From Ginglymostoma cirratum (Eukaryota): a DNA stretch of 64,000 nt. Made by a program: the position numbers and the translations under genes. Location: assembly GCA_024137785.1 (NCBI GenBank), contig JAHRHZ010000002.1:5076328-5140327 (forward strand), in the 5' to 3' direction. Every line of letters begins with the position of its first letter. Position 1 is the stretch's first letter. The notes under the pieces were generated by a model. That model did not search any database, was not told the DNA's origin, and worked only from the letters and a program-made list of their open reading frames with translations. This document shows, piece by piece, positions 25,010 through 36,380 of this stretch.

Positions 25010-27370
25010 CCGAGGATGTCCTCAACCACATTTCCCCCATTTCTGCACTTCTGCCCTCGAACTCTTCCCCCCAACGACATGAAGGATACAGCCCCCTGAG
25101 TCCTCACATACCAGCCCACGAACCTCTGTAGACAATGCATCATCCTCTGACATTTCCGCCACCTAAAATCAGACCCGACCACCAAAAAGATATTTCTCTC
25201 CCCATCCTTGTCTGCCTTCTGCAGGGACCGTTCACTCTGCAACTCCCTTGTCAGCTCCACACTCCCCACCAACCCCTCCACCACAACTTATTCCCTCCCC
25301 TGCAACTGCAGGACGTGCTACACCTGCTCCTACACCTCCTCTCTCACCTCCGTCCAAGGCCTCAAACAATTCTTCCAAATCTGACAGAGATTCACCTGCA
25401 CTTCATCTAACCAGATCTACGGTATCCATTGCACCCGATGTGATCTCCTCTATAGCAGGAAGACCAAACGCACACTCAGGGACTGTTTTGCGAAGCATCT
25501 GCGCTCTGCGCGCACCAACCAACCCAACCTTCCGGTTGCCACCCACTTTATCTCCCCCTCCCACTCCCCTTGTGACATGTCCATCCTTGGCCTCCTCCAT
25601 TGTCAGAGCAAGGTCAAATGTAAACTGGAAGAACAACATCTCATATTTCATCTTAGGAGCTTACAGCCCAATGGTCTGAATATTGACTTGACCAGTTTCA
25701 AAACCTTTCCTCCCCCAACCTGTCCATCTTCTGACTCATGTATCTGCTCCACCCTTCCCAATAAGCAATCATAATAACCTCCTACCTGCATCACCAGCTT
25801 CTAAATCTCTCCACTCCAAACTTGTCCATCTTCCTACTCACCTATCTGTTCCACCCTTCCCACTGACAAACCACAATAACCCCCTAACTGCATCCACCTA
25901 CCTCCATCTACCAACCCTCTTGCCAACCCTACCATCCTCGCTCTATTTCTGGGCTCCCCTCCCTCTCGCCAGTCCTGTTGAAGGGATTTGAGCTAAAATG
26001 TTGACCTTCCTGCTCCTCCAGTGCTGATGACCTGCTGTGTTTTTCTAGCTCCAGATTTATTGATTCTGGCTTTCAGCATCTGCAGCCCTGACTGTTTCCA
26101 TATACAAAGGATTGTCAGTAGCCACTCTGTCACTTTCAGACATGACCAGACACATATTCCCATTCCTTCCTTGTCAGCATTTTATAGTGATTGTGCTGGC
26201 TGTGGTACTCTGGTCTAGTCCTCCACCATTCCTAATACCATCTCACACTCCAACAGCATTTTCCTAAAAAAATTGCAGAAGGCATAACTTGTGCTTGTTT
26301 ACTTCCTCCCTCCTCAATATCCAAGGCCCCCAGGCACACCTCCCCGATAATGCAGCAATTCATTTGCAGTTAATTCAACCTGGCCTGTTGTATTCACTGC
26401 TCACAATGTGGTCTCCTCGACATGGGCAATATGAAATTCAGACTAGGTGACTGCTTTGCAGAACACCTAGGTTCTGTCTGTAAAAATGACCCTGAGCTTC
26501 CTGTTGCCTGCCACTTCAACACACTACCATGCTCCCACGCCGACATTTCTGTCACAGGCCTGTTGCAGGGTTCCAGCGAGCCTCAGCACAACTCAAAGAA
26601 CAGCAGCTCATTTCTTTGTCCTGAGGAAGGGTCATCGGACCCAAAATGTTAACTCTGATTTTTTCTTCACAGATGCTGCCAGACCTGCTGGGCTTTTCCA
26701 GCAACTTTGTTTTTGAGCAGCTCATTTTCTGCGTGGGGACACTGCAGCCTCTAGGACTAAACATCAAGGTCAATAACTTCAGAAACTAATTCCATTCTTC
26801 CATGTTCCTCCACACCCCCCGCCCCCCCACACTCGGTCCTGTTATGACATGATCTGTTCTGAGGAAGGGTCACCGGACCGTAAACATTAACTCTGATTTT
26901 TTTCTTAAAAACCGAAAGAACTGGGAATGGAGTTCACGGATGCTGAGCTTTTGCAGCAACTTCTGTTTTTGATCCTGTTATGATCTGGGTTGCTTTTAGT
27001 ATAATCGCTAATTCTCACCTCCACCTCACCCTGTCATCACATTATATTGGTTGCTTTCATGACCACCTCATCCATTCTCTCCTTCTCTTAGCTCAGATTA
27101 TTACTTAAACAGCTTGTCTTCTGTCCAGGCCTGCTATCCATCATCTCCTTGTTTACCTAAACCTTTCACATCTGTCTCTGGACTCCATTTCCACCTTCCC
27201 CAACCTTGTCTTTAGTATAAATACCACTCTTCCTACCTGCTAATAGTTCAAATGAAGAGACACTGGATTGCAAATGTAAACACTGCTTTCTTCCCACAGA
27301 CCCGCTGAGTTTTGCTTGCAATTTCTGTTTTAGTTTTAGATCTCCAGCATCCACAGCTCTTTGTTTTAAT
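25010..27370 (+). mobile_element. Adjacent and nested decayed Penelope-like 3' fragments
   Basis: GIY-YIG remnants (KLEEQHLIFHL.SLQPNGLNID; RLGDCFAEHL; LPVACHFN) and several terminal repeats. Confidence 0.8.
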
Positions 27371-28472
27371 TTATTTGTACTTTGAATATTTCTGGAGCGC
27401 TTCTTTACTTATCCTTACAGATCTTAAAGCTGCTCTTGATTCCAGTGGTAAGGAGGAGTGAAGCTATTTTTGTTAATGCTCTGCTTCATCAAATTTAGGA
27501 ACTGAGTGGAACAAAACTAAAGGCCAATATCTATAATAATTTTGTCTGGTAAGCCATGAACAGCAAACATAGATCAGAACTCATCCAATATTTGTTCAGT
27601 ATTAGTGTACTTTTACTTTGTTCTACTTTAAGTTGCTATAATGAGTATTAAGAAGTTGTTTTTCCCTCACACTAAGAACTGTATGACCTCTTTAACGTGG
27701 CCAACTTGGTTATATTGCATCATGGTTGCAATGAGGCTTCTGGCAGCTTTTTGTCTACTGTTTTGGCACAGAGTATGTCTGTGTGCCATTCATTCTGGAT
27801 TGCAGTCTATACCAGGCCAAAAAGCAAATAGCCATAGATTTTGCCACCAGCATTAATCCTATCATTTCCCAGCTATTTCAGGTCTGATAAAGGGTCACTG
27901 AAATTGAAACATTAGCTCTGCTTTCTTTCCACAGAAGCTGCCAGACCTGCTGAGCTTCTCCTGCACTTTCTGATTTTGTTTCAGATTTCCAGCTTTGTTT
28001 TAGTTCTTTGTTTTATTATGGTGACTGGATCTTCCCCTTCCCATTACAAGTTCCTGTCCAGTCCTGAGCAGATGTCCTGGACCCTCTTAATACACGGACA
28101 ATGGAGCCATTTGTGCTCACAGGTTCAGAGCATGGTGTCAATCACCCTCATGAGACTGTATTGCACTATATTCCTTCCTATTCCCCATTCCTGAATGGCT
28201 TCCTGGACCATGATGCAACAGTCACGTAGCTCATCTCACTGCAAACCCCAATCTCATCCAGACAAGCTGAAGGAACCTCAAACCTGAGGGACAATGATAA
28301 AGACTGAGGGTACTGACCTCTTACCTACCTCACTCACAGCATCGCTCTCCTATCCCTTAACACTGGCCAAATCCAATACTAAGAAGTGTGACTCCCTCAT
28401 AGGATCCATGAGCTGTTTTTTCCTGTCGAATGGAACATAGCCATCTGGCAGATCCCAAACTCTATCAGTACG

Positions 28473-28551
28473 GTGTGTGCGTGTGCACGTGTGTGTGTGT
28501 GTGTGCGTGCATGTGTGGTGTCTATGTGTGCGTGTGCATGTGCGTGTGTGT
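28473..28551. repeat. Imperfect (TG)n microsatellite
   Basis: Visible dinucleotide run. Confidence 0.9.
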
Positions 28552-28973
28552 CCCCCAGTGAGGCCCTGTCCAATCTATCATGTACGCCCCCAAAAACCTG
28601 CCGATCGCAGGCTGGAAGCACTCAATGGTCCCTCAGCACTTGCAGCATTTTGGTGAGAGTTCCAGATTTACACCCCCATTTCTGTGCATTTCTGTGAAGA
28701 AGAGCTTTCTGGTTTCACTCCAAAATGACCTCACTCTAATTTGATGATGGTTCTCTCGTATCCCAGATTCCGGCACCAGATATTGTATACTTCCATTAAT
28801 GGGATGTTTTGAGACTTTACTGGAGAATGAAATCATGTGAGGATCAAACCAGCTTTTCAACCAATCCCATCAATTTCAAATGAACGGGTTTGTTTAAATC
28901 GTTCCCAATCAACACAAACTGGGAATGGATACAGGAACAGAGACAATTCTAATATTATTCCAACGTGTTTCAG

Positions 28974-29081
28974 AAATCCCAGAAAACAGTGTGGAACGTT
29001 CCCATCTTGTAATTGTAATTGGATTAGTCACTGCAGTAGCTACAATATTTGGAATAATCATCTGTAAAAGGCCCAGCAGAG
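28974..29081 (+). CDS. MHC class I-like gene B fragment, connecting peptide / transmembrane exon
   Basis: tttcAG|EIPENSVERSHLVIVIGLVTAVATIFGIIICKRPSR|GTAAAA; 108 nt, phase 1-1. Flanking introns align to 36040-36570 (reverse complement). Confidence 0.8.
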
Positions 29082-29462
29082 GTAAAATTCAGAGAGAGAG
29101 GAATGTAGAACTGAGGGGACCAAGTGAGTGTGGGGAATCTCCAGTACTAGGACTACAGGATACTGTGTTGAATGGAACTAATTGAATTTCCACACAGAGA
29201 TACACACATATAAATATACCTTGTTCTCAGTCTTTCAGGCCGGGTCTAATATTGACCATTAAGCTCACCACACACATTCACATCCTTACTGACTGAAAAT
29301 CGATGGAATGGGAGAGATCTCCAGAAGCTCCATAAAGTGTAAGCATGGAGGGGAGTGTGGGAATGAGGATTTCTTCCACAATCATCATTCCCTCACACTC
29401 ACTGTGTTCTCACTCTCTAAGAATGGATTATTCCCCATTCTAATGGACATTTATTTCTGCAG

Positions 29463-29495
29463 ATTCACCAAGTGGGACCTATGCAACAACTCGCA
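29463..29495 (+). CDS. Gene B cytoplasmic exon 1 (DSPSGTYATTR)
   Basis: 33-nt phase 1-1 exon, AG/GTAAGT; Tyr motif like the first class I tail exon. Confidence 0.75.
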
Positions 29496-29885
29496 GTAAG
29501 TGCCTGAGGGGAAGAACGTTGGGAATGATACAGAAAAGTTTGAAAAAGATATAGCATTACATTCACCTGAGAGTTGCTCAGGCTGACACATGTCCACTCC
29601 CCTTATCTCCAATCCCTCAACCCCCGGTCTCTTATCATACACATCCCGGTATCCCTACTTCCTCTCCTTCCAAAGTGCCCTCTTTAATCCCTCACTCTCC
29701 ATTCCTTATCCCCCAATCCTTTACCTTATAAGCCCTCAATCCCCATTCACTCACCATCCACTCCTGCACTATTCTGTTAATGTTGACAATGATTCTTTCT
29801 CACTCGCTGGATACAGGATAAAAATGTCACACTGTCTAATTTTATATTTTGTTCCATTTCACACATTCTGTTTTTATTTTCTCAG

Positions 29886-29921
29886 CTTCTGATGTCTCCG
29901 TTCAAGGTCATTCACGATCCT
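29886..29921 (+). CDS. Gene B cytoplasmic exon 2 (TSDVSVQGHSRS)
   Basis: 36-nt exon, ttctcAG/GTAAGA; Ser-rich like class I tails. Confidence 0.72.
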
Positions 29922-30087
29922 GTAAGAGATATTTTAGCTTTCCTTCACTGAGTTATTTTTAAGATTTTCACTCCCCTTCTGAGCCTGTCTCATCCTCCCA
30001 GACACTGTTAAAACCTGTCAGACTACTTTCACTCCCCTCCGCACATTGAAGTGATTCCCTTTTGTCTGTCCATTTCTTATCTCGTAG

Positions 30088-30230
30088 GTTTCCTGGGTGC
30101 TGTTGCAGGACTTTCCTGGAGTGTCACTGAGGAACAGTGGGATTCTCCTGCTCTAGGGCGAACACGTCACAGCAGATACGCAGATTTACAGCTCATTGTC
30201 CACACCCAGTTCTTTGAGGATCGAGATTGA
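30088..30230 (+). CDS. Putative gene B terminal exon (CFLGAVAG...SRYADL...DRD*)
   Basis: Pyrimidine tract plus tAG at 30085-30087; open in the inherited frame to TGA 30228-30230; AATAAA at 30775-30780. Confidence 0.45.
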
Positions 30231-32485
30231 TTTTTCTTGGGAATGTGTTGCCACAGATTGATCAGTGGATCCATAGTTTTGGATCCTGATTCTTCAGGTT
30301 GGACCTTCTCAAGTCATGCTTTCATCCCATTTCAGAAATGTGAGCAGTGTCACCATCAGATGGATCTTCATGGATGATTTCTCCCTTACACTTTCTCATC
30401 TTCACTGGCCTCAGTTGGTCAATGATTTACTGGAAATGAAACAATGTCCTGAAGCAACTCAGAGACACATTTCATATTGTAGGAAATAGGTCAATTTTGC
30501 ACTTTGTGTCAACAATTTTTAGTGATCGTGTACATATATGTATAAATTTTGCAACTGTATTTTTTATGTTGACAAAAATCTCTATTAATTTGTCACCATT
30601 TACTATTTATTCAATTTTAGGCTGAACAGATGTGTTTTGAATTCAAAGTAACCATTGTGAACTCTTCTTCGATGTATAAATTTTATAACTTGGGGTTTAT
30701 TTACATAGACAAATATCTGTTACTGTTTATCATCAGTGTTTAAGTACAAATGCTAATAATTGTGGTTGGTAATTAATAAATAATTGTTTCTGGTTGATTT
30801 GAGTGTATTCTTCTTCAATGAATTCACAAGAAAGGTTTAATTCATTCAGTCAGCAGCTTGTGGCTCTTGGAATCAGCAGTTGTTGAGCTTCAATTCAATG
30901 TCAACTGGGGCAGTTCAGCCCATTCAACTCCCCAACAGCCTTTCCCAAACCAACCAGGAAGCACAAAGTGATGTTTATATGTTGTGTGTTTAGAGTTCAG
31001 TGGTTGTTAATGTCTTGAAGTGTTCATTCCCTGGGGGTGGAGTGTCCTTTCTGAAGGATCTGAATGAGTGTGAACAGAGGGCCAGGCAGTTGCTGGGAAT
31101 CAGGAATACGTCACTGACTGGTGACTAAGTAGATATTGGAGTGAGGAAAGGGCAGGGTCACCAGGTGAATGTTTCAACCGGGTCTGAGCGCACGGACTTC
31201 TGGGATGTGACAGACGAAGAGGAATCTTACTGTCAATGTTTTCTTCTGACAGGTGTTATCTTCAGACACGCTGGCTGGAGGTGGTGGTGGGGAGTTAGTG
31301 TCAGCAGTCGAGGGAGTTCAAAGGGGACCTGGAGCAGGCACTGAGCCCCAGGTCACAGAGGGAAGTGGGATGGTAACTGAGCTGGAGGGGGAAGGGGAGT
31401 AACATCCAGATGAACAGGACGGTGAGCGCCTGGGGTGGGAGGGCAGTGGCACTGTTACTCCTGTCCTCATGCTGCACCTTCAGCGTTAAAATGTGGGAAG
31501 TGTCCTGAGTCTGGGATGATAATCAGATCACCAGCTCTCTGTCTACGATCCCCTCTTGGTCTGAGGGAGGCATGAGGGCAGCCATGAAGATGATGGTGTG
31601 GGGTTACTGGGAGACTGTGTGATAAACTAGTCTGATCTGTTGAGGGCCGAGGAACCTCCAACAGTTCAAGGACTCACTCCATGATCTTCAGTGACACAGG
31701 GACCACATCAGGCCCATGTTGACACTCTCCTGGAAGAGATGTTCATTACAGACCTGAGGAATGGACTGGTAGCTCAATGTGACAAGCACTTTGACTCTCT
31801 GCACTTGAGCAGTAAGGAGATGAGGGAGTTTCAGACAAGGGCTTCTCAACAGCTGAGCCTTTGGAAAAAAGACGTTCCTGAATCATTGCCTGGTACAAAT
31901 CAGACCCATCTCAATCCTTATGTCCTCCTACATGGAGGATGCTGCAAGGGCCCATAACCAGAGGCAAATACAAACACAGGAGTTTGAGACATCTGGTCTG
32001 GCTGTAATACAAAGAAGCCCAATAGAAGCCCAATAGAAGCCCTCCTGACAGCTCCGAGTAGAGAAACAGGGCAGGCCCAAGAGACAGCACCTCTCATGGA
32101 TGTAGCTTCTGGTCTGTAGCTCCCCAGTGATGAATTCTCAGCTGCTGGGCATGTCTCTGACACAAAAGGGGGCAGGACACAGGTACTGGGGAGGTGCATG
32201 AGGCATGAGGGTGGCAGCTCTTGCATGGCAGATGTCTTTCTCTACTCCTCCCCTCCTGTCCTGTGACAGTGACCCTCAGACATTGATGAGAGGGCGAGTT
32301 TTAAATGTTTCATTCCTGTTCTATTAGAGTCCATTGTTTCATTTACAGATTGGCTTAGAGTCACTTGGAATGTGACAAAATAATTTTTATCGACGTGTAA
32401 CATTCAGACATTATAACAGTTTACAAAGCAGAAAAGCTGCTCATTAACACAAATGATCTGAAAGGTTTTGATCTGAGCAGATTTA

Positions 32486-32890
32486 GGTGGCACAATGGCT
32501 CAGCGGTCAGCACTGCTGTCTCATAGCTCCAGGGATCTGGGTTTGGTTCCAGCCTCAGGTGACTGTCTGCGTGGAGTTTGCACATTCTCCCCCTGTCTGC
32601 GTGTGTTTCTGCCGGGTGCTTTGGTTTCTTCCCACAGTCCAAAAATGTGCAGGTTAGGTGGATTGACCGTGTTAAAGTGACCATAGTGACCATTTCTGAT
32701 GAACGGTCTAGGCCCGAAACGTCAAGCTTTCCTGCTCCTATGATGCTGCTTGGCCTGCTGTGTTCATCCAGCCCCATGCCTTGTTATCATAGTGTCCTGG
32801 GGAAGGGTCTGGGTGGGATGCTCTTCGGAGGGTTAGTGTGAACTTGATTGACAAAGTGGCCTGCTATAGCAGTGCAAGGATTCTATGAAG
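32486..32890 (+). mobile_element. tRNA-derived V-SINE (HE1-like) with a Penelope tail inserted at ~32690-32790
   Basis: A/B-box head, V-domain tggagtttgcacattctcccc..ccacagtccaaa, CR1-like tail. Confidence 0.85.
32693..32726 (+). ncRNA. Minimal hammerhead ribozyme motif
   Basis: ttt-CTGATGA-a-cggtctaggccc-GAAAC-GTC-aag; core intact, one stem II mismatch. Confidence 0.6.
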
Positions 32891-33302
32891 TTGCCATTGT
32901 TCAGCACTGTCTAGCACAAACATCCTGTAAGCTCTATTTGCTGCTGAACTAAAATATGCCTTGTTTTCCTCTCCATCTCCAAAGCTCTTCTGTCTGATTT
33001 CCTGGGGGAGGGAGAGGGATTTTCTCCATCTCAATGTCCAAATCCATTAGCCCCCAGCTACTTTCGAGCTGCCCGGCAGCTGGAGTTGGAGTTTCCTCAA
33101 GTGCTCCATGAGGCCGGGCTCCAGTCACATCCATGTTGGGACCCTCCATTTCATCGATTTCTGGCACCATCTGTTCTGTGGGCTGAAGGGACCGTGCTTC
33201 CTGCAGGGGAACGTTGTACAGCATGCTCCAGAGCCACACAATCCTTGAGACATTAATAGGAGAGAAGTGCAAAGTGATCCCTGACCTGTTCACAATTTGG
33301 GA

Positions 33303-33880
33303 TAGTAGGAACTGCAGATGCTGGAGAATCTGAGATGACAAGGCGTAGAGCTGGATGAACACAGCAGGCCAAGCAGCGCCATAGGAGCAGGAAAGCTTGA
33401 CGTTTCAGGCCTAGACCCTTCTTCANNNNNNNNNNNNNNNNNNNNNNNNNNNNNNNNNNNNNNNNNNNNNNNNNNNNNNNNNNNNNNNNNNNNNNNNNNN
33501 NNNNNNNNNNNNNNNNNNNNNNNNNNNNNNNNNNNNNNNNNNNNNNNNNNNNNNNNNNNNNNNNNNNNNNNNNNNNNNNNNNNNNNNNNNNNNNNNNNNN
33601 NNNNNNNNNNNNNNNNNNNNNNNNNNNNNNNNNNNNNNNNNNNNNNNNNNNNNNNNNNNNNNNNNNNNNNNNNNNNNNNNNNNNNNNNNNNNNNNNNNNN
33701 NNNNNNNNNNNNNNNNNNNNNNNNNNNNNNNNNNNNNNNNNNNNNNNNNNNNNNNNNNNNNNNNNNNNNNNNNNNNNNNNNNNNNNNNNNNNNNNNNNNN
33801 NNNNNNNNNNNNNNNNNNNNNNNNNTCCTATGATGCTGCTTGGCCTGCTGTGTTCATCCAGCTCTTACACCTTGTTATCT
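33303..33880. mobile_element. Palindromic Penelope-derived insertion containing a 400-N gap (33426-33825)
   Basis: Inverted arms; near-TSD cacaatttggga/cataatctggga at 33291-33302 and 33881-33892. Confidence 0.8.
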
Positions 33881-34777
33881 CATAATCTGGGAAATGGGAC
33901 TTTAACAATTCGATTATGCTCTTCACTGTGTGACATGGTGAACAGACTTTTATCTTAAAGTATTGCAAGTCAGGAAACTTGATGCGAAATCCAATTTACA
34001 TTTAAAGGTCTTAGCCAGATCAAACTTGACAAAATTTCTTTTATGTTACATCAGGAAAAAAAACTTGATAAGAAAGTCACGTGTATTTCTGTTTATTGTA
34101 AATGCTATTTCAATTTTATTAAGAACAGCAATTAAATAAAATCCATTTAAAAAGTCAGATAATCAGACTAACACTTTACAACCAGTTGCAAAATTAGATA
34201 CATTTCAACATTTAAATGAACAAACTCTCTGATCTGGAAGTTCCTTTCTGTTGGTGTTTCTAGAAAGATGGAACTGAGATCTGCTCCTGGATAAAGCAGC
34301 CCAAAGATTACTAAGTGAAACACCAACATCAGCTCAGGGAACTGAGCCTGAATTCTTGTGTCACACATCCCACTGTTAGAGCAGCAGATCAGCGAAAGCA
34401 TGTTCGGAGCCAAATAGTGTGTGATGGAAATAGGAATCACATATTTAGACCATATTCTGAAATGCAATCTCTTACCCCTGAGCTTCCTTACACTGCCAAT
34501 GAAGATCAGGTGATTAAACAAGATCCTGACACCAAAATTCATTTAAAAGCTGAGCTGTTAGGTACTGACGCACAGCTGTCGTGGTTCCAGTGTCAGAGGA
34601 TCCAATCCTGAAGATGATCTTTTCTGAAATATTTCAGGGTGAACAGTAGGATTATAAAGTCTACTTAAAAACAAGACAGAGGTTTGTCATGGGGGAAGTT
34701 ACTGAAGTTGAGAAAGTGTGAGGGGAACCCATCCTTGAAGACCTCTTCGACATTGCTGACACTGGATGGAAACACTG

Positions 34778-35045
34778 GGGAAGGCAATGGCCTAGTAGTG
34801 TTTTCACTGCACTGTTAATCCAGAAACCCAGAAAATGTTCTGGGGATCTGGGTTCAAATCCTGCCAAGGCAGGTGGTAGAGTTTGAATTCAATAAATATC
34901 TGGAATTAAGAAGCTAACGATGACTGTGAATCCATTGTCAATTGTCAGAATTACCCATCTGGTTCACTAATGTCCTTCAGGAGAGAAACTGCCATCCTTA
35001 CCTGGTCTGGCCTACATGCGACTCCAGACCTACAGCAATGGATCT
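34778..35045 (+). mobile_element. tRNA-derived Deu-domain SINE (SacSINE1-like)
   Basis: tRNA-like head (tggcctagt..gggttcaaatcc) and ggtctggcctacatgcgactccagacc body. Confidence 0.65.
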
Positions 35046-35617
35046 GTGATTCTGAGGAAGGGCCACCGGACCCGAAACTTTAACGCTGTTTTTTCCTTCG
35101 CAGATGCTGCCAGACCTGCTGAGCTTTACGAGCAACTTTGGTTCTGTTCCTGATTTACAACATCCACAGTTCTTTAGGCTTTTATTAAGATTCTGCTCGG
35201 TTTTGACAGGTGTAGATTTGGAGAGGATTGTCACCCATTTGTGAGAAAATTCTTTTTCTCACCTCTGTCTTAAATGGGTGACCCCTTGTTTTGAAATATT
35301 GACTGCTAGCTTCAGAAACTCTTATAAGAGGAAATGTCCTCTCTTCAAAATGCGATTGAAGCAGAATATTTGAGTATTTTTAAGACAAGAGGTGGATAGA
35401 TTCTTGATAAACAAGAGGATGAAAGATTTTCGTGGGTAGATGGGAATATGCAGTAATCAGACCAACCATGATCTCATTGAAAGTCAGCAGGCTTTAAGGA
35501 TCAAATGGCCTACTCCTGACCCTACATCCTTCGTTCACATGAATGTAATGATAGCAATGGGGCAAGCACTGAAAATTACAATTGGATCCATATCAGAAAA
35601 ATCAAAACGTCACTGAC

Positions 35618-35654
35618 TGAATCATGAAGGAAGCTGGAACTGAGACTTCAGAAG
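35618..35654 (-). CDS. MHC class I-like gene C, cytoplasmic exon 2
   Basis: 37 nt (1 nt longer than paralogs), ttctcAG acceptor. Confidence 0.65.
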
Positions 35655-35906
35655 CTGAGAAAATAAAAACAGATTGTAAGCGCTGTAATAAAATATAAAA
35701 ACAGAGAGTGTGAGATATTCTCTATCACTCTCTGGGCCCAGGATTCAATCAACTTCCTGACCTTAACTAAACAGACTCACACAGCGCAGAGGGAGTGGAG
35801 GGTGAGGGTCCCAAGTGAACCTCACAGTTTTATTCCCAGGAGAATGTAATTCTACACCTTCCAATCCACCCTAATCATTCCCAACACTGTTCCCTCAGTT
35901 GCTTAC

Positions 35907-35942
35907 TGTGAGCTGTTGTGTAGGTCCCATTTGGTGAATTAA
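35907..35942 (-). CDS. Gene C cytoplasmic exon 1 (NSPNGTYTTAH in the ancestral frame)
   Basis: 36-nt exon, tttcAG/GTAAGC. Confidence 0.72.
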
Positions 35943-36260
35943 CTGAAACAAAATAAATGTCCATTAGAATAATCCATTCTCTGAGAGAGAGAACACAACA
36001 AATGTGAGGGAATGGAGATTTATATTCAGTCAGTGAGGATGTGTGTGTGTGGTGGATTTAATGATCAATATTAGACCTGGTCTGGGCCAATCACACAAAG
36101 GAAAATCAGACAGGAAACAAGATGTGTTTATATATGTGTATATGTTTGTGGGAATTCAATCAGTTCCATTCAGCACAGTGCCCTGTACTTCCAGTACTGG
36201 AGACTCCCCCACACTCACCCTGTCCCCTCAGTTATACATTAGCCTCTCCCTGTTTCTTAA

Positions 36261-36380
36261 CTCTCCATGGCCTTTCCCAAATGATTATTCTGATTATCCC
36301 AAAAATAACAGCCAGTAGAATGATCATTGACGCAATGACACTTCTAAGATGGGAGTGTCCCGAGTTGTTTCCCAGTATTT
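36261..36380 (-). CDS. Gene C transmembrane exon
   Basis: EILGNNSGHSHLRSVIASMIILLAVIFGIIRIIIWERPWR. The expected phase-1 donor reads TT; a GT lies 1 nt upstream. Confidence 0.8.

Larger units (their letters stand above)
31250..33290. mobile_element. Harbinger-like DNA transposon remnant
   Basis: Minus-strand LHFSPINVSRIVWLWSMLYN resembles the HARBI1-type transposase C-terminus; a decayed GC-richer coding-like segment converges on it from the plus strand. Confidence 0.45.

Noticed and set aside
32486-34870. tRNA genes at 32486 and 34778
   Set aside because: These are SINE heads continuing into SINE bodies, without a full cloverleaf.
36270-36300. Arg within the gene C TM segment as an activating-adaptor docking residue
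   Set aside because: It arises from a short local duplication (ggg ata atc / aga ata atc), lies at the cytoplasmic end and is absent in gene B.
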